From the NCBI GenBank assembly GCA_010093605.1, contig MU004190.1:1881599-1945598 (forward strand): DNA of 64,000 bases, in the 5' to 3' direction. Shown piece after piece: positions 23,095 through 34,716 of this stretch (the stretch's first letter is position 1; every line of letters begins with the position of its first letter). The position numbers and the translations under genes were made by a program. The stretch is from Lophium mytilinum (taxonomy: Eukaryota). The notes under the pieces were generated by a model that saw nothing but the letters and a program-made list of their open reading frames with translations, did not search any database and was not told the DNA's origin.

Positions 23095-24843
23095 CTATTC
23101 TGCAGTCCACAACTCCGCTCCCTTCTCCAGCCACTCATCAACTGGTGCTTTCTTTGAGTCGGCGAGCTTCACGCGCTGAGTCAGTCGCTCAACAACTGGC
23201 AATTCCTCCGAGCTATTTGGCTCCGATGGCTTTGGCGTCGCTCTCTTCGTAATTTTCACATACTTCCCTGTCGCCGGGTAGGCCTCTTTCTCCGGCTTGG
23301 CCGGCCCTTTCTCCCACCACGAAGGAAACGCTGGCACCGAGTGTCTCCAGAACCTGATCTTCCCGTCGTGATCCAGATTGACATAAGTCTCCTTCTCTTT
23401 CAAGAAATGGATGCCCAGGGGCGTATACCCATCCGTCACCTGCCCCTGCGTCTTCAAAAATCCCTCCTTCGCATTACTGAAGCGGTCCCAAACAACGACG
23501 CTCCCATCAGAACACCCAACCGCCAACTTGGCATCATCAAGCCACTTAACGCTATTAAGGTCCGCCATGGACCCGAACTTCCGACCCCCCTCTTCTTTCT
23601 TCAATTTGATCTCCATCACCGCCCCATCCGTCTCCAACGGCCTCCAGACGTACGCGCTTGGCGACCCAGTGCCAATCGCGATATAGCACCCATCCGCCGT
23701 CCACGCCAGACTCCTTGCCCAGTGGTTCAGCTTCTGCGGGAACGTAGCGTTACACCCACCCGTCTCCACATCGAGCACCTTGATAACACCCCCGTTCTTA
23801 CTACTCCACACGATTTGCTTACCATCCGGCGAAAACGCGGCTGTCCAGCATTGCCCACGGCTGTCCTCGGTCACCCAGGTTAGCGAACCGGTGTAGGCGT
23901 CGTGCATCCGCATCGTCCCGTCCCACGACACGGTCGCGATGCGGGTCCCATTGGGGCTGAAGCCGGCCCACGTGATCGTGTCAGTGTGGCCGTGGAGTCT
24001 GTATAGCTCTTTCCCGGCATTGAGGTCCCACACGCCGATCCACGGCGCATCATCCACGTCGCGGATGTCGGAGGGCGTGCTCGCGTCGCTCGTAAGGTAG
24101 AGCAGGCGTGAGCCGTCCGGGCTGATGGGGTCGCCGCCGACAAAACGCGCCACAGGGATGATGGTGTTGTGGGCGATGTGGTGCTCCGTTTCCGCCTTCT
24201 TCAGAGCAGTTTCAATATCTGCTGCCAACGTTGAGCGGCCTATGAAGTCGGACGACCATTCGTGGTGGGTGGTGAGGTCGGCGGAGATGCTGGCGAGGGC
24301 TTTTGCGGCGAGGGCGGGGGCGTCGAGGGGCTCGTCTTCGTCGAGCAGACGGCCGTTCTTGTCGAGGTCCCATATTACGAGGCTGGCGCCCTCTGCGTAC
24401 CGGCCGCTGGAGGGGACGGAGCAGATGAGGGTGTATTTGGGCCCACCGTTCAGCGTTTCGTCTTCGGGGCTGGATTCTAGCTCTGTCTCGCTGATGTCTT
24501 CGCCGCGCCGGTCTATGGGCCGGAAGAAGACGTTGCCGCATCCATCGAGGGTCTGCCTTAGTTCTTTGCTTTCGAGGTCATACACGTAGATCTTCTTCCC
24601 GGCGCTGACGGCGAATAGAGCTTCGTCTCCACTTACAGCGCTGTACATACTGTGGTAATGGCCCGCATCATCGCCTAGAGGAACCGAGATGGTTCTACTG
24701 GACGGGCAGCAGTCCCAGGTGAACGGATGCCCTGACGCCCAGTCGGCGGATTCATTGGCGATGCGGAAGTCGTGGTTGGGATCGATGGCGAAGCTCCAGC
24801 CGGCGAGAAATTGGCCGCGGCTTAGGCTTGTGCCGGAGGGCAT
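23095..24843 (-). CDS. WD40-repeat protein
   Basis: LHGHTDTITWAGFSPNGTRIATVSWDGTMRMHD, AAFSPDGKQI, GCSDGSVVVWD; intronless 582 aa. Confidence 0.85.
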   Translation of the reverse strand: MPSGTSLSRGQFLAGWSFAIDPNHDFRIANESADWASGHPFTWDCCPSSRTISVPLGDDAGHYHSMYSAVSGDEALFAVSAGKKIYVYDLESKELRQTLDGCGNVFFRPIDRRGEDISETELESSPEDETLNGGPKYTLICSVPSSGRYAEGASLVIWDLDKNGRLLDEDEPLDAPALAAKALASISADLTTHHEWSSDFIGRSTLAADIETALKKAETEHHIAHNTIIPVARFVGGDPISPDGSRLLYLTSDASTPSDIRDVDDAPWIGVWDLNAGKELYRLHGHTDTITWAGFSPNGTRIATVSWDGTMRMHDAYTGSLTWVTEDSRGQCWTAAFSPDGKQIVWSSKNGGVIKVLDVETGGCNATFPQKLNHWARSLAWTADGCYIAIGTGSPSAYVWRPLETDGAVMEIKLKKEEGGRKFGSMADLNSVKWLDDAKLAVGCSDGSVVVWDRFSNAKEGFLKTQGQVTDGYTPLGIHFLKEKETYVNLDHDGKIRFWRHSVPAFPSWWEKGPAKPEKEAYPATGKYVKITKRATPKPSEPNSSEELPVVERLTQRVKLADSKKAPVDEWLEKGAELWTAE

Positions 24844-25563
24844 TTTGAAGAGCGAAGGGGTTTTTTTGGGTGAAAGTGAAGGGGACTTGAGGAAAATTTG
24901 AACGAATCTTTGGGATGAAGAGGTTGGGAGAGAAAGCTACTTGGTGTTCTTACTTTATTTGGTTGCCTAGAGGTGGAGGTTGAACGTTGACAGGGGATCG
25001 GCATGACGTTTGGAGGCGGAAAAGGTGGCGTTCGCCTCGAGATTCAGGCACCGTGGCACCTCTATGTCTCTCATGTCTCCCTCAGCCTCATCTATCAACA
25101 TATACACACACAGTATCTGCTGCTTTTCTTAGTAAATCGTGACGCATTCTAGCCTTCAGCGTTACTCCCATTTCCGCATTACTGCCATTTTAGCTTCAAC
25201 GCAAACCCACATCATTCTGTTCTCAAATATCCAAACGCCACATTGCGAAATCCACCTAGGTAGGTTCGCGGAGGGCAGCAGCGCGACATCAACCCTAAAG
25301 CAGAGGTTACACTGAATCCACTAACATCAAGCCTTGACTTTCGCAATACGATTCACAGTAGAGTCCCTACCATACGCGGTCGCATTTTTGGGCACCTTTC
25401 TTGCTCTCGCTCATCCTCAGATCGCGACTCCGCAACACTTGCATTTGCAACGACTCTCCCTCCACAATAATGACCACTCTTGTTGAACCTCGCACGGGTG
25501 AGTTGGCATTTCGGACGACAATCGACGACTACGAAGCCATGAGGTACAATCTAGATTTGCTAC

Positions 25564-26436
25564 CTATTTCCCAGCCACCGCTTTAATATCAGTCGGTATA
25601 CCAACACGCCTACTCCAATTTGACATGCAGTTCATGCCACGTCTAGCCAGATCACGAATATCTTCGTCCTGATTGCCGTCTTGATATAGTGCCTGGAGTT
25701 TCTGGTGCCACAAGGCCCACCTTTCCATACTGAACCCTTCCGACCCCTTCTGGAGCGAGAGTATCGCTAGCCTATAGCCTGCGTACCGGAACCATGCCAC
25801 AGCTGCAGGAAGATACTTGGCTATAGTTGTTGTTGTTGTTGTCGTTAAAGATCCAGATATGTCTTCCCTAGCCGATCCCGACTGTCCATTCGCATCTCCA
25901 TCCTCCAAAACGACACCGAAGACGCGCAACGCGCAGATGCACAGTTCTGGCGCCCTCACGCCCAGTGCCACGAGTCTTGCCATGAAAGCTGCAAGGTTGC
26001 AGCATTCGTCAACGCTCATGCCCTGATGCTTGGACTGCCAGAACGCATCCATATCTTGAACGATGTACGGGAGGTCGGACCAAATGTTCCCATCCTCCGT
26101 CACCGCAGAATGCTCGTCGGATTCTAAGGACCCGAGTTCTCGCGCGAGTATCACTTCTGTGGCCAGCCGGTCTTGTGCCGGGTGATCCTCAGGAATAACG
26201 CTGGCAGCTCGCGCGAACGTGTACCAGAGGTCGTGCAGGTCGAACTCGATTTTCCAAAGCGGCTGGAGCGGAAAGCGGTGTGTTACGCTGCGGATTGTGG
26301 AGCGTGTGGTGCCCCAGAGACCACCAGCGTCTTCAGGATTGGCGGTCAATACTGCCTTCGATGCATGGCCATCCCTTCTGAGCTTGAGGCGACGGCTGAA
26401 ACTGCGGCGGCGCTTGAGCTCTTCGACGTCAACCAT
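25564..26436 (-). CDS. DUF3632-like hypothetical protein
   Basis: HPAQDRL, IWSDLPY, NLAAFMARL, AAVAWFRYAG, GFSMERWALW motifs typical of this fungal family (recognised from memory). Confidence 0.7.
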   Translation of the reverse strand: MVDVEELKRRRSFSRRLKLRRDGHASKAVLTANPEDAGGLWGTTRSTIRSVTHRFPLQPLWKIEFDLHDLWYTFARAASVIPEDHPAQDRLATEVILARELGSLESDEHSAVTEDGNIWSDLPYIVQDMDAFWQSKHQGMSVDECCNLAAFMARLVALGVRAPELCICALRVFGVVLEDGDANGQSGSAREDISGSLTTTTTTTIAKYLPAAVAWFRYAGYRLAILSLQKGSEGFSMERWALWHQKLQALYQDGNQDEDIRDLARRGMNCMSNWSRRVGIPTDIKAVAGK

Positions 26437-28281
26437 GCTGGAAGAAATGATCTAAGCAACTTGTTTATATTTTTGGAGGGCAATAAGAGAGGCAATGGGT
26501 TCTTATAGCAAGCGAAGGAGGAATTAGGCCCATGACGCAAATTGGCCACCTGTACCGGCAGGGATGAGCAGCCGGAACCCTTCAGTTTCCGATTTCACAT
26601 GTCCTAGTATCTCACTGCTTACTTCTCCGTCCCGCAACCTACGTCAAATCTATAAGCCTTACTGGGAATAAGCTGGGGCAGGATTATTCTAACAGATCCA
26701 CAATTGACAGATGACATGAAAACGAATCAATTCGAGCATGGCACATGGAAAACTCTACAGGTTTAAATCTACGCTTTGTGTATTCTAGCTACAGCGATTG
26801 CTTTTGCTGCGAATTTGGCCCTATCCTCAATCTTTCGTTATTTGCTCAATAAGTCCCCGTTCATTCAGATGCCGGTTTTCGCAAACCTTTCTAACTGCAA
26901 TCAGCTGAAGGTGGTTCGATCGCGTCGTCGTATTCGCAGGCATTGCCGTCGTTAAAGCACTAAGGGGAAGATAATATATCAGCTATAGAAACTGGATGCG
27001 TAGGGATATTGACCCTTATGATAGATACTTTAGAGCAAGAAAGTGATTCGACAACACCCTCATCTTCCGTTTGGTAATAGCACAGCCCATAGCCATCTGC
27101 CCCTAGGTTGGGTTTACAAGTCTGCGTTGAAGGTCAGTGCGGAATCTTTTCGAAGCAGTGCTGGGGAAATGTACACCCTGATGTACTTCGCGCTTGGAGG
27201 ATTCCTGGAATGGAGCTACGCTCACAATCAAGCACACAGCAAAGAGGAGGGTGGCTTGGAGTAGAAGCATGGCGGAAGTTTAAGTGACACGGAAAAAGCT
27301 ATTCGCGCGGTTAAAATCAAATGTACGGAAAATACGGGAAAGTCTAAATGGATTCAAGCCGATGGATACTTCTTTGATCGGAGACACGTCCCGCTCGGAG
27401 CTTTATACATTTGTGTTTCTGTTATCCATTATAACGGCTCGTCCGTTTTCGAAGTTGGCTCTTACGATATGCTGGTACGCCGGACGAACTCCCCCTTCGT
27501 TCTTTTTGCGATGTCGATCCACTGCGGCACAGGAGTAAGGCAAACCTATCGCAGACAACACCGAACATACAGCTGCGAGATCGCTCAGGTGATATCCATC
27601 CATTTCTGGCCTCAGACTTCAGTGATCAGCGGAATATATGAATCGTAACTTACAATGCTGGCGAAAAACTCCAGTGTCGTCAACCAGTCAACGTCCTACC
27701 CACTTAATACATTATGTTAGTTACCTTGAAGCGGATTCAAATGCCTGCCATTACGGTGGATACCAGCTGTCGATCTTTCTGCAAATGGCGTCTCAGGAGA
27801 AATCCAATATCATGACTTCTGTTTCCAATTAGACCGATTATTAACTGTTACCAGAGTACCTCCCAGGAGGTAAATAAGTGGTGCCACGTAATGGATCGTG
27901 CGACTCTATTGATGTTACCGTAAGAAGGGCTCAGAATTTGCGTGGCCAAGCATGAAGGATTATCGTTTGGTCAGTGCGACCAAGCAGCTATTGTAGGATG
28001 CTGCCTTCAATGCTGAGAACGGGTTGTAACGGAAGATACGGAAGGCATCTGCTCAACCGGAAGAGGAAGAGCGTGGTATATCGTCCGACTCTGCGCATTT
28101 TCCATGAAGGAATATATAAAGCTCTCCCAACCGACGTCGTTTAACAAGCTACTTGCTCACCACATTACTTCACTCCCAAGAACTTTTCGACAAAGAATCT
28201 CCTTGACACAAGTAAGCCTTAGATACAACCCGCCATGGACGAAGTCTAAAAACCAACGCGACAGCGTACCTTAAGTCCATA

Positions 28282-28663
28282 ATGAAGCTCTCTTTCACCG
28301 TTCTCGCAACAACCCTAGCCTTTGCTGGTTTCTCTATGGCGCAAGTCGGACCTTGCTACAACCAGTATGGAAAATGACTCATTCCTATCAGGTTCCAACT
28401 ATGAAACCACCAATAACAGAGCAGATCCGGACCACGGTGTTGGTAACTACTGTTACTGTGAAGGAGACGGTAGGTTCCGCTCTTCATGACAGCTTGGCAT
28501 GCACTGATGCGGCGAGGTATAGGCATATGTTATTTCGAGAATTCAGACGGCAATGACCCCTCCTAGCAGTAACGTCTATCCCTGCTGGACAGCTGGCATT
28601 TGGTATGTGGCCAACAGTCGGAGCGCTGCGCGCTTGACTAAAAGCTGGCTTGCAGTTGTTTGA
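28282..28663 (+). CDS. Small secreted cysteine-rich protein (possibly frameshifted)
   Basis: TATA ATATATAAA ~28112; signal peptide MKLSFTVLATTLAFAGFSMA; spliced QVGPCYNQ|ADPDHGVGNYCYCEGDG|ICYFENSDG. A PPSSNVYPC segment follows in a shifted frame. The 3' end is uncertain. Confidence 0.55.
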
Positions 28664-30489
28664 AGCTACGCTCGCTCGCTATTCGATTGAGAGTATGCGG
28701 CACTGGCATGCATTACCGGGGGTATAGGGGTACGTAGGTGGACTCGGGAGCCTTTCTTGACGTCGTAGTGGCGGGAACTAGGACCAGTGAATTAGAACAA
28801 AAACAACGAGTAACAGCCCACTTTTCAGGATTCCGCTTGCTTTCCGCTGTGTGAAATGCAATTGTTTATTCAAATACCGGGGATCAAGTCTAAGGAACGA
28901 CGCTTTCTGACAAGGTCTCTGTAATAACACCATCGTCCTTTTGAAGGAAATATTCCTCCATTTGGTAAAATAGTCCGGTAGGAAGAAAGAGGAATATCAA
29001 ATGTGCGGCGTAGCATCCCAACGCTTGCTACGCCGCATGGTTGCATACCTAACCAAATGAAACGAGTGGAGAGACCAGAGCGAAAGTATTGGGGAGAACT
29101 GGGACAGAGAACAGGCGGCGAAGGACGTCGAACGCCAGTTCTCGGGTAAGAAGTTCAGTAAGAAGATGAGGACAACTCTGCGGCTTTCCTAAATGAATAC
29201 CGCAGCACGATTAGCTGATCGAAACCGTCCTGTCGCTACCGAGATCGACGCTGGAAGAATAAGTTGGTCAACGCAACGCCCTGATCAACGCGATTGAAGA
29301 GGTGTTAGTATTCAGTAAGAAAAGGCCGAACATGTGCTTCCTCTATCTTGGGAACGAAAACATAGGGCCTACGGCCCTACACAGCTAATAGGATTTATGA
29401 TAATGATGCCGCTCGCTGAATCGAGGATCCCGTAACAGCCTCAACTCTGTTGCCTGCTGCATCAACCACGGCTGGTTCCTGTACGAGAAGATGTCGTTCG
29501 CGGCACGCTGCAGGGCAACACATGGGTAGCTCCGGCCACTGTGGAGCGAATTCCTATCAGCACGTATCAAGCAAGATGCATATTCTACTACAAGCATGAG
29601 CTACATTGCGGCACAGCAGTACGGTCATTTCGGCAACGTCCGGAGCTCTCGCTCAACCCGACCTTTCCCAATCCTCCTTTCTCTCACCCATCTTTCACGT
29701 CAACTCCGGCAAATGGTGAGGTGGGTTAGAGTGGGCGCTGGTGTACGTTTCAGTACGTGACTCAATATTTGCACGTTAGCTGTCCACAGCGTGAAAAGGG
29801 CATAATACTTGATCAAACCATGAAAGTACCGTCATCTCGCAATTACACGATGAATACCGCCGCACTAATTACCGTCCAGCGCGGAACAGACCCAATAGCT
29901 CGCAGAACGTCCGGAAGATCCTGCCAGCCCGCATGTGGAAAGCGGGATGTTGGAATGAATGGAAGCACACTGGAAGTGCAAGCACAGGTCCAGAAGACAT
30001 GCATATCTCAACCAGAAGAAATGGTTGAAGAGGACGACGACGATGTTGTTCATGACGCCGAGGACCATCTACTTATAACAAGCTGAATGGATTGCACGGC
30101 TAAACCAGCACGTTGCAGCTTGCAGAGAATACGGGTGCGTTCAATGTGCCTTCGTCTCAGCGCATCATTATTTGAGGACTATCGAACCAGTCAATTACTG
30201 TCCACTTTCCCTTCACTTACTGGCCATGTCAATATCTAATAAGGCACAAGTTCGTTCATCTCGCTCTTTTAGTGTAGTTCGGTCCGTCGGTGGAAAAGGA
30301 AAATTGTAATACGTCCAACAAAGGGACTGGATCATGTTTCTCAGAGAAATACAGCTCTGGGTAGAGCAAGCTAGGGAGCGTTACATGCACGATCATATAC
30401 AGGGATCTCGGTGGAAGTTATTCAAGTGCTACCGTGATAGCCATATGTACAAGAACTGTATCCATACATCGTCCAAAGTTACGGTTCCA

Positions 30490-31554
30490 TCACTTCACCA
30501 GCACCATCCGCCCGGCGACTTTTCCTGCCTTCAGCAAACCCATTGCCTCATTTACTGAGTCCCACTCCATCTTCTGCACTGGCACTGGATTTAGCTTTCC
30601 GTCCTTCGCCAGCTGGACAAGTGTTCGCAACTGCTCCAGATTTCCAGTAATGTTTGAATAGATTGTTAGGCCCTTGAAGATGTTCGCCACGAGCGACATC
30701 TCGATGGAGCCTCCCATGACACCAACCTGCACCCACTTCGCTCCTTTGGCGACCAGATTGTTCACCATGGCAGCGGTGCCGGAGCTGTTGACGAAGTCGA
30801 TCACGGCGATGACTGGGCCATTGGTGGCTGTCAGGATGGCTTCGGCTGGGTCGGGGCCAAAGGAATTGACGGTGCGTGTTGCACCGGCTGCGGCGGCACC
30901 AGCCAGTTTCTCATCGCTGATATCCGCAACAACGATGTTTCTATGGCCTAACGATTTCAAGATGGCCATGGCGGCAAGTCCTAGACCTCCGGCGCCAATG
31001 AGGAGGACGGGCTCATTCGACGGCAGCGGCATGACCTTGGTGACTGCGCTGAGGGTCGTGATTCCGGCACAACCAAAGGTGCATGCTACGGCAGGATCGA
31101 GATTCCCCAGCTCGACGAGGTACTTTGGGTGCGGCACAACGACGTATTCGGCGAAGCCGCCATTCCGTAGCGTGCCGAGCCCTCTTTGAGCTGCGCACAA
31201 GTTGTCTTCTTCCTGGGTGCAGCGGGTGCAAGAGCCACAGCCCAGCCACGGATACACGATCTGCTTGGAACCCACCGCGACGGCCGCTGCGTCTGGTCCG
31301 ACGCCGGCAACCTCCCCGAGGATCTCATGTCCCAATGCAACCGGTAATTGAATGCCCCGGTCCTTGACGTAGAAGCGCTTTCCCCCGCCGATATCGTAGA
31401 AGCCCTCGGCGGTGTGGAGATCGGAATGGCAGACGCCCGCGTGCGTGACCTTTACCAAGATCTCAGTGCCGGTGGGCGCTGGCACGGGCTGGCGAATCTT
31501 CTGCAGCGGCTTGTCCCACTCGGTGAGGGCCCAGACGTCCATCTCGTGTGCCAT
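30490..31554 (-). CDS. Zn-dependent medium-chain alcohol dehydrogenase, ChnD (6-hydroxyhexanoate dehydrogenase)-like
   Basis: GVCHSDLH, GHEILG, CGSCTRC...NLC, GAGGLG; insertion EGFYDIGGGKRFYVKDRG. Intronless; start taken at MAHEMDVW. Confidence 0.9.
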   Translation of the reverse strand: MAHEMDVWALTEWDKPLQKIRQPVPAPTGTEILVKVTHAGVCHSDLHTAEGFYDIGGGKRFYVKDRGIQLPVALGHEILGEVAGVGPDAAAVAVGSKQIVYPWLGCGSCTRCTQEEDNLCAAQRGLGTLRNGGFAEYVVVPHPKYLVELGNLDPAVACTFGCAGITTLSAVTKVMPLPSNEPVLLIGAGGLGLAAMAILKSLGHRNIVVADISDEKLAGAAAAGATRTVNSFGPDPAEAILTATNGPVIAVIDFVNSSGTAAMVNNLVAKGAKWVQVGVMGGSIEMSLVANIFKGLTIYSNITGNLEQLRTLVQLAKDGKLNPVPVQKMEWDSVNEAMGLLKAGKVAGRMVLVK

Positions 31555-32427
31555 TCGGGTGGTTGGCGGCACAGTCTCTGTGCTGCGAAGGTAGTTGAGT
31601 ATGGCTAGCAGCAACGTGCCTTGTTTATCTTGTGAGCGAAGTGCTGCGGCGCCGGCGCTAGGGCGGAAGTAAGATGCTCGTCGGCGCGGGCCGAGCTCGG
31701 GCTGCAGCACGCACAGCAGCGTCGAGTCGCGATCGGCCGTCATACAGTACAACATGGGCAATAGAATAACATGCCAGCAAAATTGATCTTAGCGAAATAC
31801 AATGCCAGAAAACGCCATGGGGACCGTGTAGGACCGAGACCATGCCAATACAGGCCTAGAAGCTAGCTTCTAAGCTCAATTAAGCACACCCCTGGTCCTC
31901 CACCGTCCCCATGGCGTTTCCTGGCATTGCACAACTATATACAGGCCTCGGCCGTAGTATTAAGGCTCAATTTGCACGTGCCGTGCATCACGTAATTGCC
32001 TGCGCAGGAAGCACACCGCCATCACCACCACGCCGTAGAGGGCCTCTACCTAAGCCTCCAAATCGCACCAGGCTCTATAGGATCAATTCCAATAGATCAG
32101 CGCCTCTAAGGCCCTCCTGGAGGCGCTCAACAAGCGCCAAATTGCCCAAATTAGTAATAGATATACGGGTTGAGTTGTTAAGGATGCAGGCGAGCTGCCA
32201 CGCCGTAGGAAGCTGTAGAGGAGTGGATTTGCAGGCTTCGTGGGCCTCATCCGGTTAGAAGAGCTACAGACCGACTTTTGCTGTAGCTGCACCAAGGATC
32301 TATCTACTCGTATTCCTACACCGTGTCAGTAATGAAAAAGTGATGAAAATCAACGGATTTTAATGCCGTGAAGCCGTGAGAACTCACCATATAGAGGCCC
32401 TTTCCGTGCCTTTTTAGAGGCCTCATC

Positions 32428-32508
32428 GCCATCATCCTGCAGCGTTGCCATCATTCTACAGCCTTGCCATCATCGTGCAGCCTTGCCATCATCGTGCAGC
32501 CTTGCCAT
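32428..32508 (+). repeat. 19-bp minisatellite (~4 copies) in the MULE 5' region
   Basis: Repeated GCCATCATCGTGCAGCCTT and variants. Confidence 0.85.
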
Positions 32509-32546
32509 TAAGCTTCATACTTCCCATTCTCTCCATCATCATCGCC

Positions 32547-34716
32547 ATGGAGTCCTCCGGTGTTCCTAAGGTCGGTAAGGCCTACGGTACCTTCCAGGAG
32601 ATCAAGGACCTCTGCCGTGAGGTTGCTGCAGAGGGAGGATGGAGAATCAAGGTTCTCGTGAGTGATAAGACTCGAATTGACCTGCGATGCGGTGCCATCG
32701 TGCCATGCCCGTGGCGCCTCTATGCAACTCAGCGAGTTAATAACACAATTAAGGTTCGAAAGCTCATCAACAAGCACCACTGCATCGGCGCACCGCCCCC
32801 TCAGCGCCTGGAACAGTCGCGATTGAAGTTCCTAGTTAATCACCTTCCTCTCCTTGGCTCCATCAACCGGAAGACGCCGACGGGCGACATCCAGGCGCTG
32901 GCTGCGATGCATCTAGGAGGCCCGATCAACGACTTCATGGCGCGCCAGGCGCGTCGAATAATAGCCGGCGAGGACGAGAGGTCCATTGAGGATAACTACA
33001 CGAAGATTCCGGAGTATTTGGAGCGCCTCAAGGTCGAGAATCCTGGTGTTTCTACTAATCTAGTGCTTCATCGCGGTGCCTTCCAGCGCGCCTTTATGTG
33101 CCCAGAGGAGAGCAAGAGCTTCCTCATCTTCAGCCTCAGATGGCTCGGCCTCGACGGAACGCACCTAAGGAACGGGTACAAGAATATAGTGTTGATTGCG
33201 ATTGGAAGAGACCAGAACAACAAGGTCTATCCGCTTGCCTGGGCAGTCGTAGAGAGCGAGAACAATAAGACGTGGGCGTGGTTTGTAAGGAAGCTGAAGG
33301 AGGCGTTGCCCGGGCTTAAGGAGGGCTCAAAGTACACCGTTTGTTCGTAAGTTCAATTTTCGTTGTTTGTTGACGAATTTCGAGTAGACATCCGTGCGTT
33401 TGTTTATGGCGGGGACAACAAGTAGAAACGCGTCGATTTTGGTGAGAAATCGCGTGTTTTGTACGCGAGGTCCCATCACAACAAACAATGCACGGATGGA
33501 TACGAAAATCACAACAGCCCCCTCTCGATTTCCGCACCCCCCTCCGCAACAGCGCCTACACCTCTCGATTTCCTTCCACATACTCCTCGACGCCGCAGTC
33601 AATTTCTACGCCTATTTTTGCAGTCCCCGTCGACTACGCTGTCCTACACAGTGGATCCTTCAAAAATGCACCTGCTTACACCGTTTTTTTCGCAGCAATC
33701 GCGATAAAGGCCTCCAAAACGCCATTGACAGTCTCCTTCCTCGCCACCATGGTGTCTACTGCGTCTGGCACCTGGCAGAGAACGTCAAGAAGCACTACGG
33801 CGCTGCCTGCTCGAAGCTCTTCTTCCAACTAGCCCTCGCCGCCGAACAGGCCGAATTTAATCGAGTGATGGCCAAGATCACGTCCTTAAGGCCCGCCGCC
33901 GCGGCCTATATCAACGCCATAGACTCGCGGCGATGGGCGATAAAGGACACGCCTGCGAGGCGCTTCGGCCATGTCACAAGCGGTGCAAATGAGTCCTTCA
34001 ATGCGACTATCCGGGGCGACAGAGAGCTATTAACACTGCGCCTTTTAGTGTCTCTATGGAGCCGTGTAATAGAGATGCGCGCCCAAAGGTACGCTCTGGC
34101 CACGGCTCATCAGGCTGAGCTCATGCGTGTTCCTCCTAGAGAGGCATGGGGGCATACTCAATCCTTCACGCCCTTTAGGCAAAAGCTCCTAAAGCGCAAC
34201 CTCCAGGAGGCCACAGGCTACAAGTGTCGGATTAATGCGCACGTCGCGCTTAATCACGATGCCCACGCGGCCACCGTTCAGCATCATTTTAACGCCAAGG
34301 TCCACATTGTAAGGCTCAATCGGAAGGAATGCACCTGCAGAGAGTTCCAGAATCACGAGTTTCCATGCCGCCATGCCATCGTCGTCATCTTCGCCATTAG
34401 AAGACGTGTTAGCCACTACTATAGCCACATCTACAAGACTCACATGTGGAAGAACAGCTACGCCTCTATACTCATTGAGGGCCAGCCGGAACGTCGATTG
34501 ATGCAGCCGGTGAGAGTTAATAACCTCCTGCCAGGCCCTTCCTCTCAACCGCCTCCAAAAAAGAAGCAAGCAGGCGCTGCGCAGCGCAAGAGGAAGCAAT
34601 TCGGCGACCGCTATTCGGACGGAAGGGCGACTATTAGAAATAAGTGTGGAATCTGTGGAGAAACAGGGCACAATGCGCGCAGTAGGCGTAAGTGCAGAGG
34701 CTATCCAACCATCTAA
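32547..34716 (+). CDS. MULE transposase
   Basis: N-terminal C-x5-CPW...H-x-C zinc motif, LDGTHL, PLAWAVVESEN, CVWHL, ANESFN, SWIM CTC...FPCRH and C-terminal CGICGETGHN. Intron 33347-33695. Confidence 0.92.

Noticed and set aside
27100..27815. Possible multi-exon small gene on the minus strand (several GTAAG/GTATG donors with branch sites)
   Set aside because: I could not assemble a convincing spliced ORF.
29757..30086. 109-aa ORF with an acidic tail
   Set aside because: No recognisable domain, non-ATG start, ambiguous frame.
31555..31761. N-terminal extension of the ADH in the 423-aa ORF call
   Set aside because: It starts inside the MULE TIR/TSD; homology begins at MAHEMDVW (31554).
33394..33695. 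N-terminal part of the 440-aa ORF as a separate gene
   Set aside because: It lies in the predicted transposase intron; splicing joins the two halves of the DDE domain.
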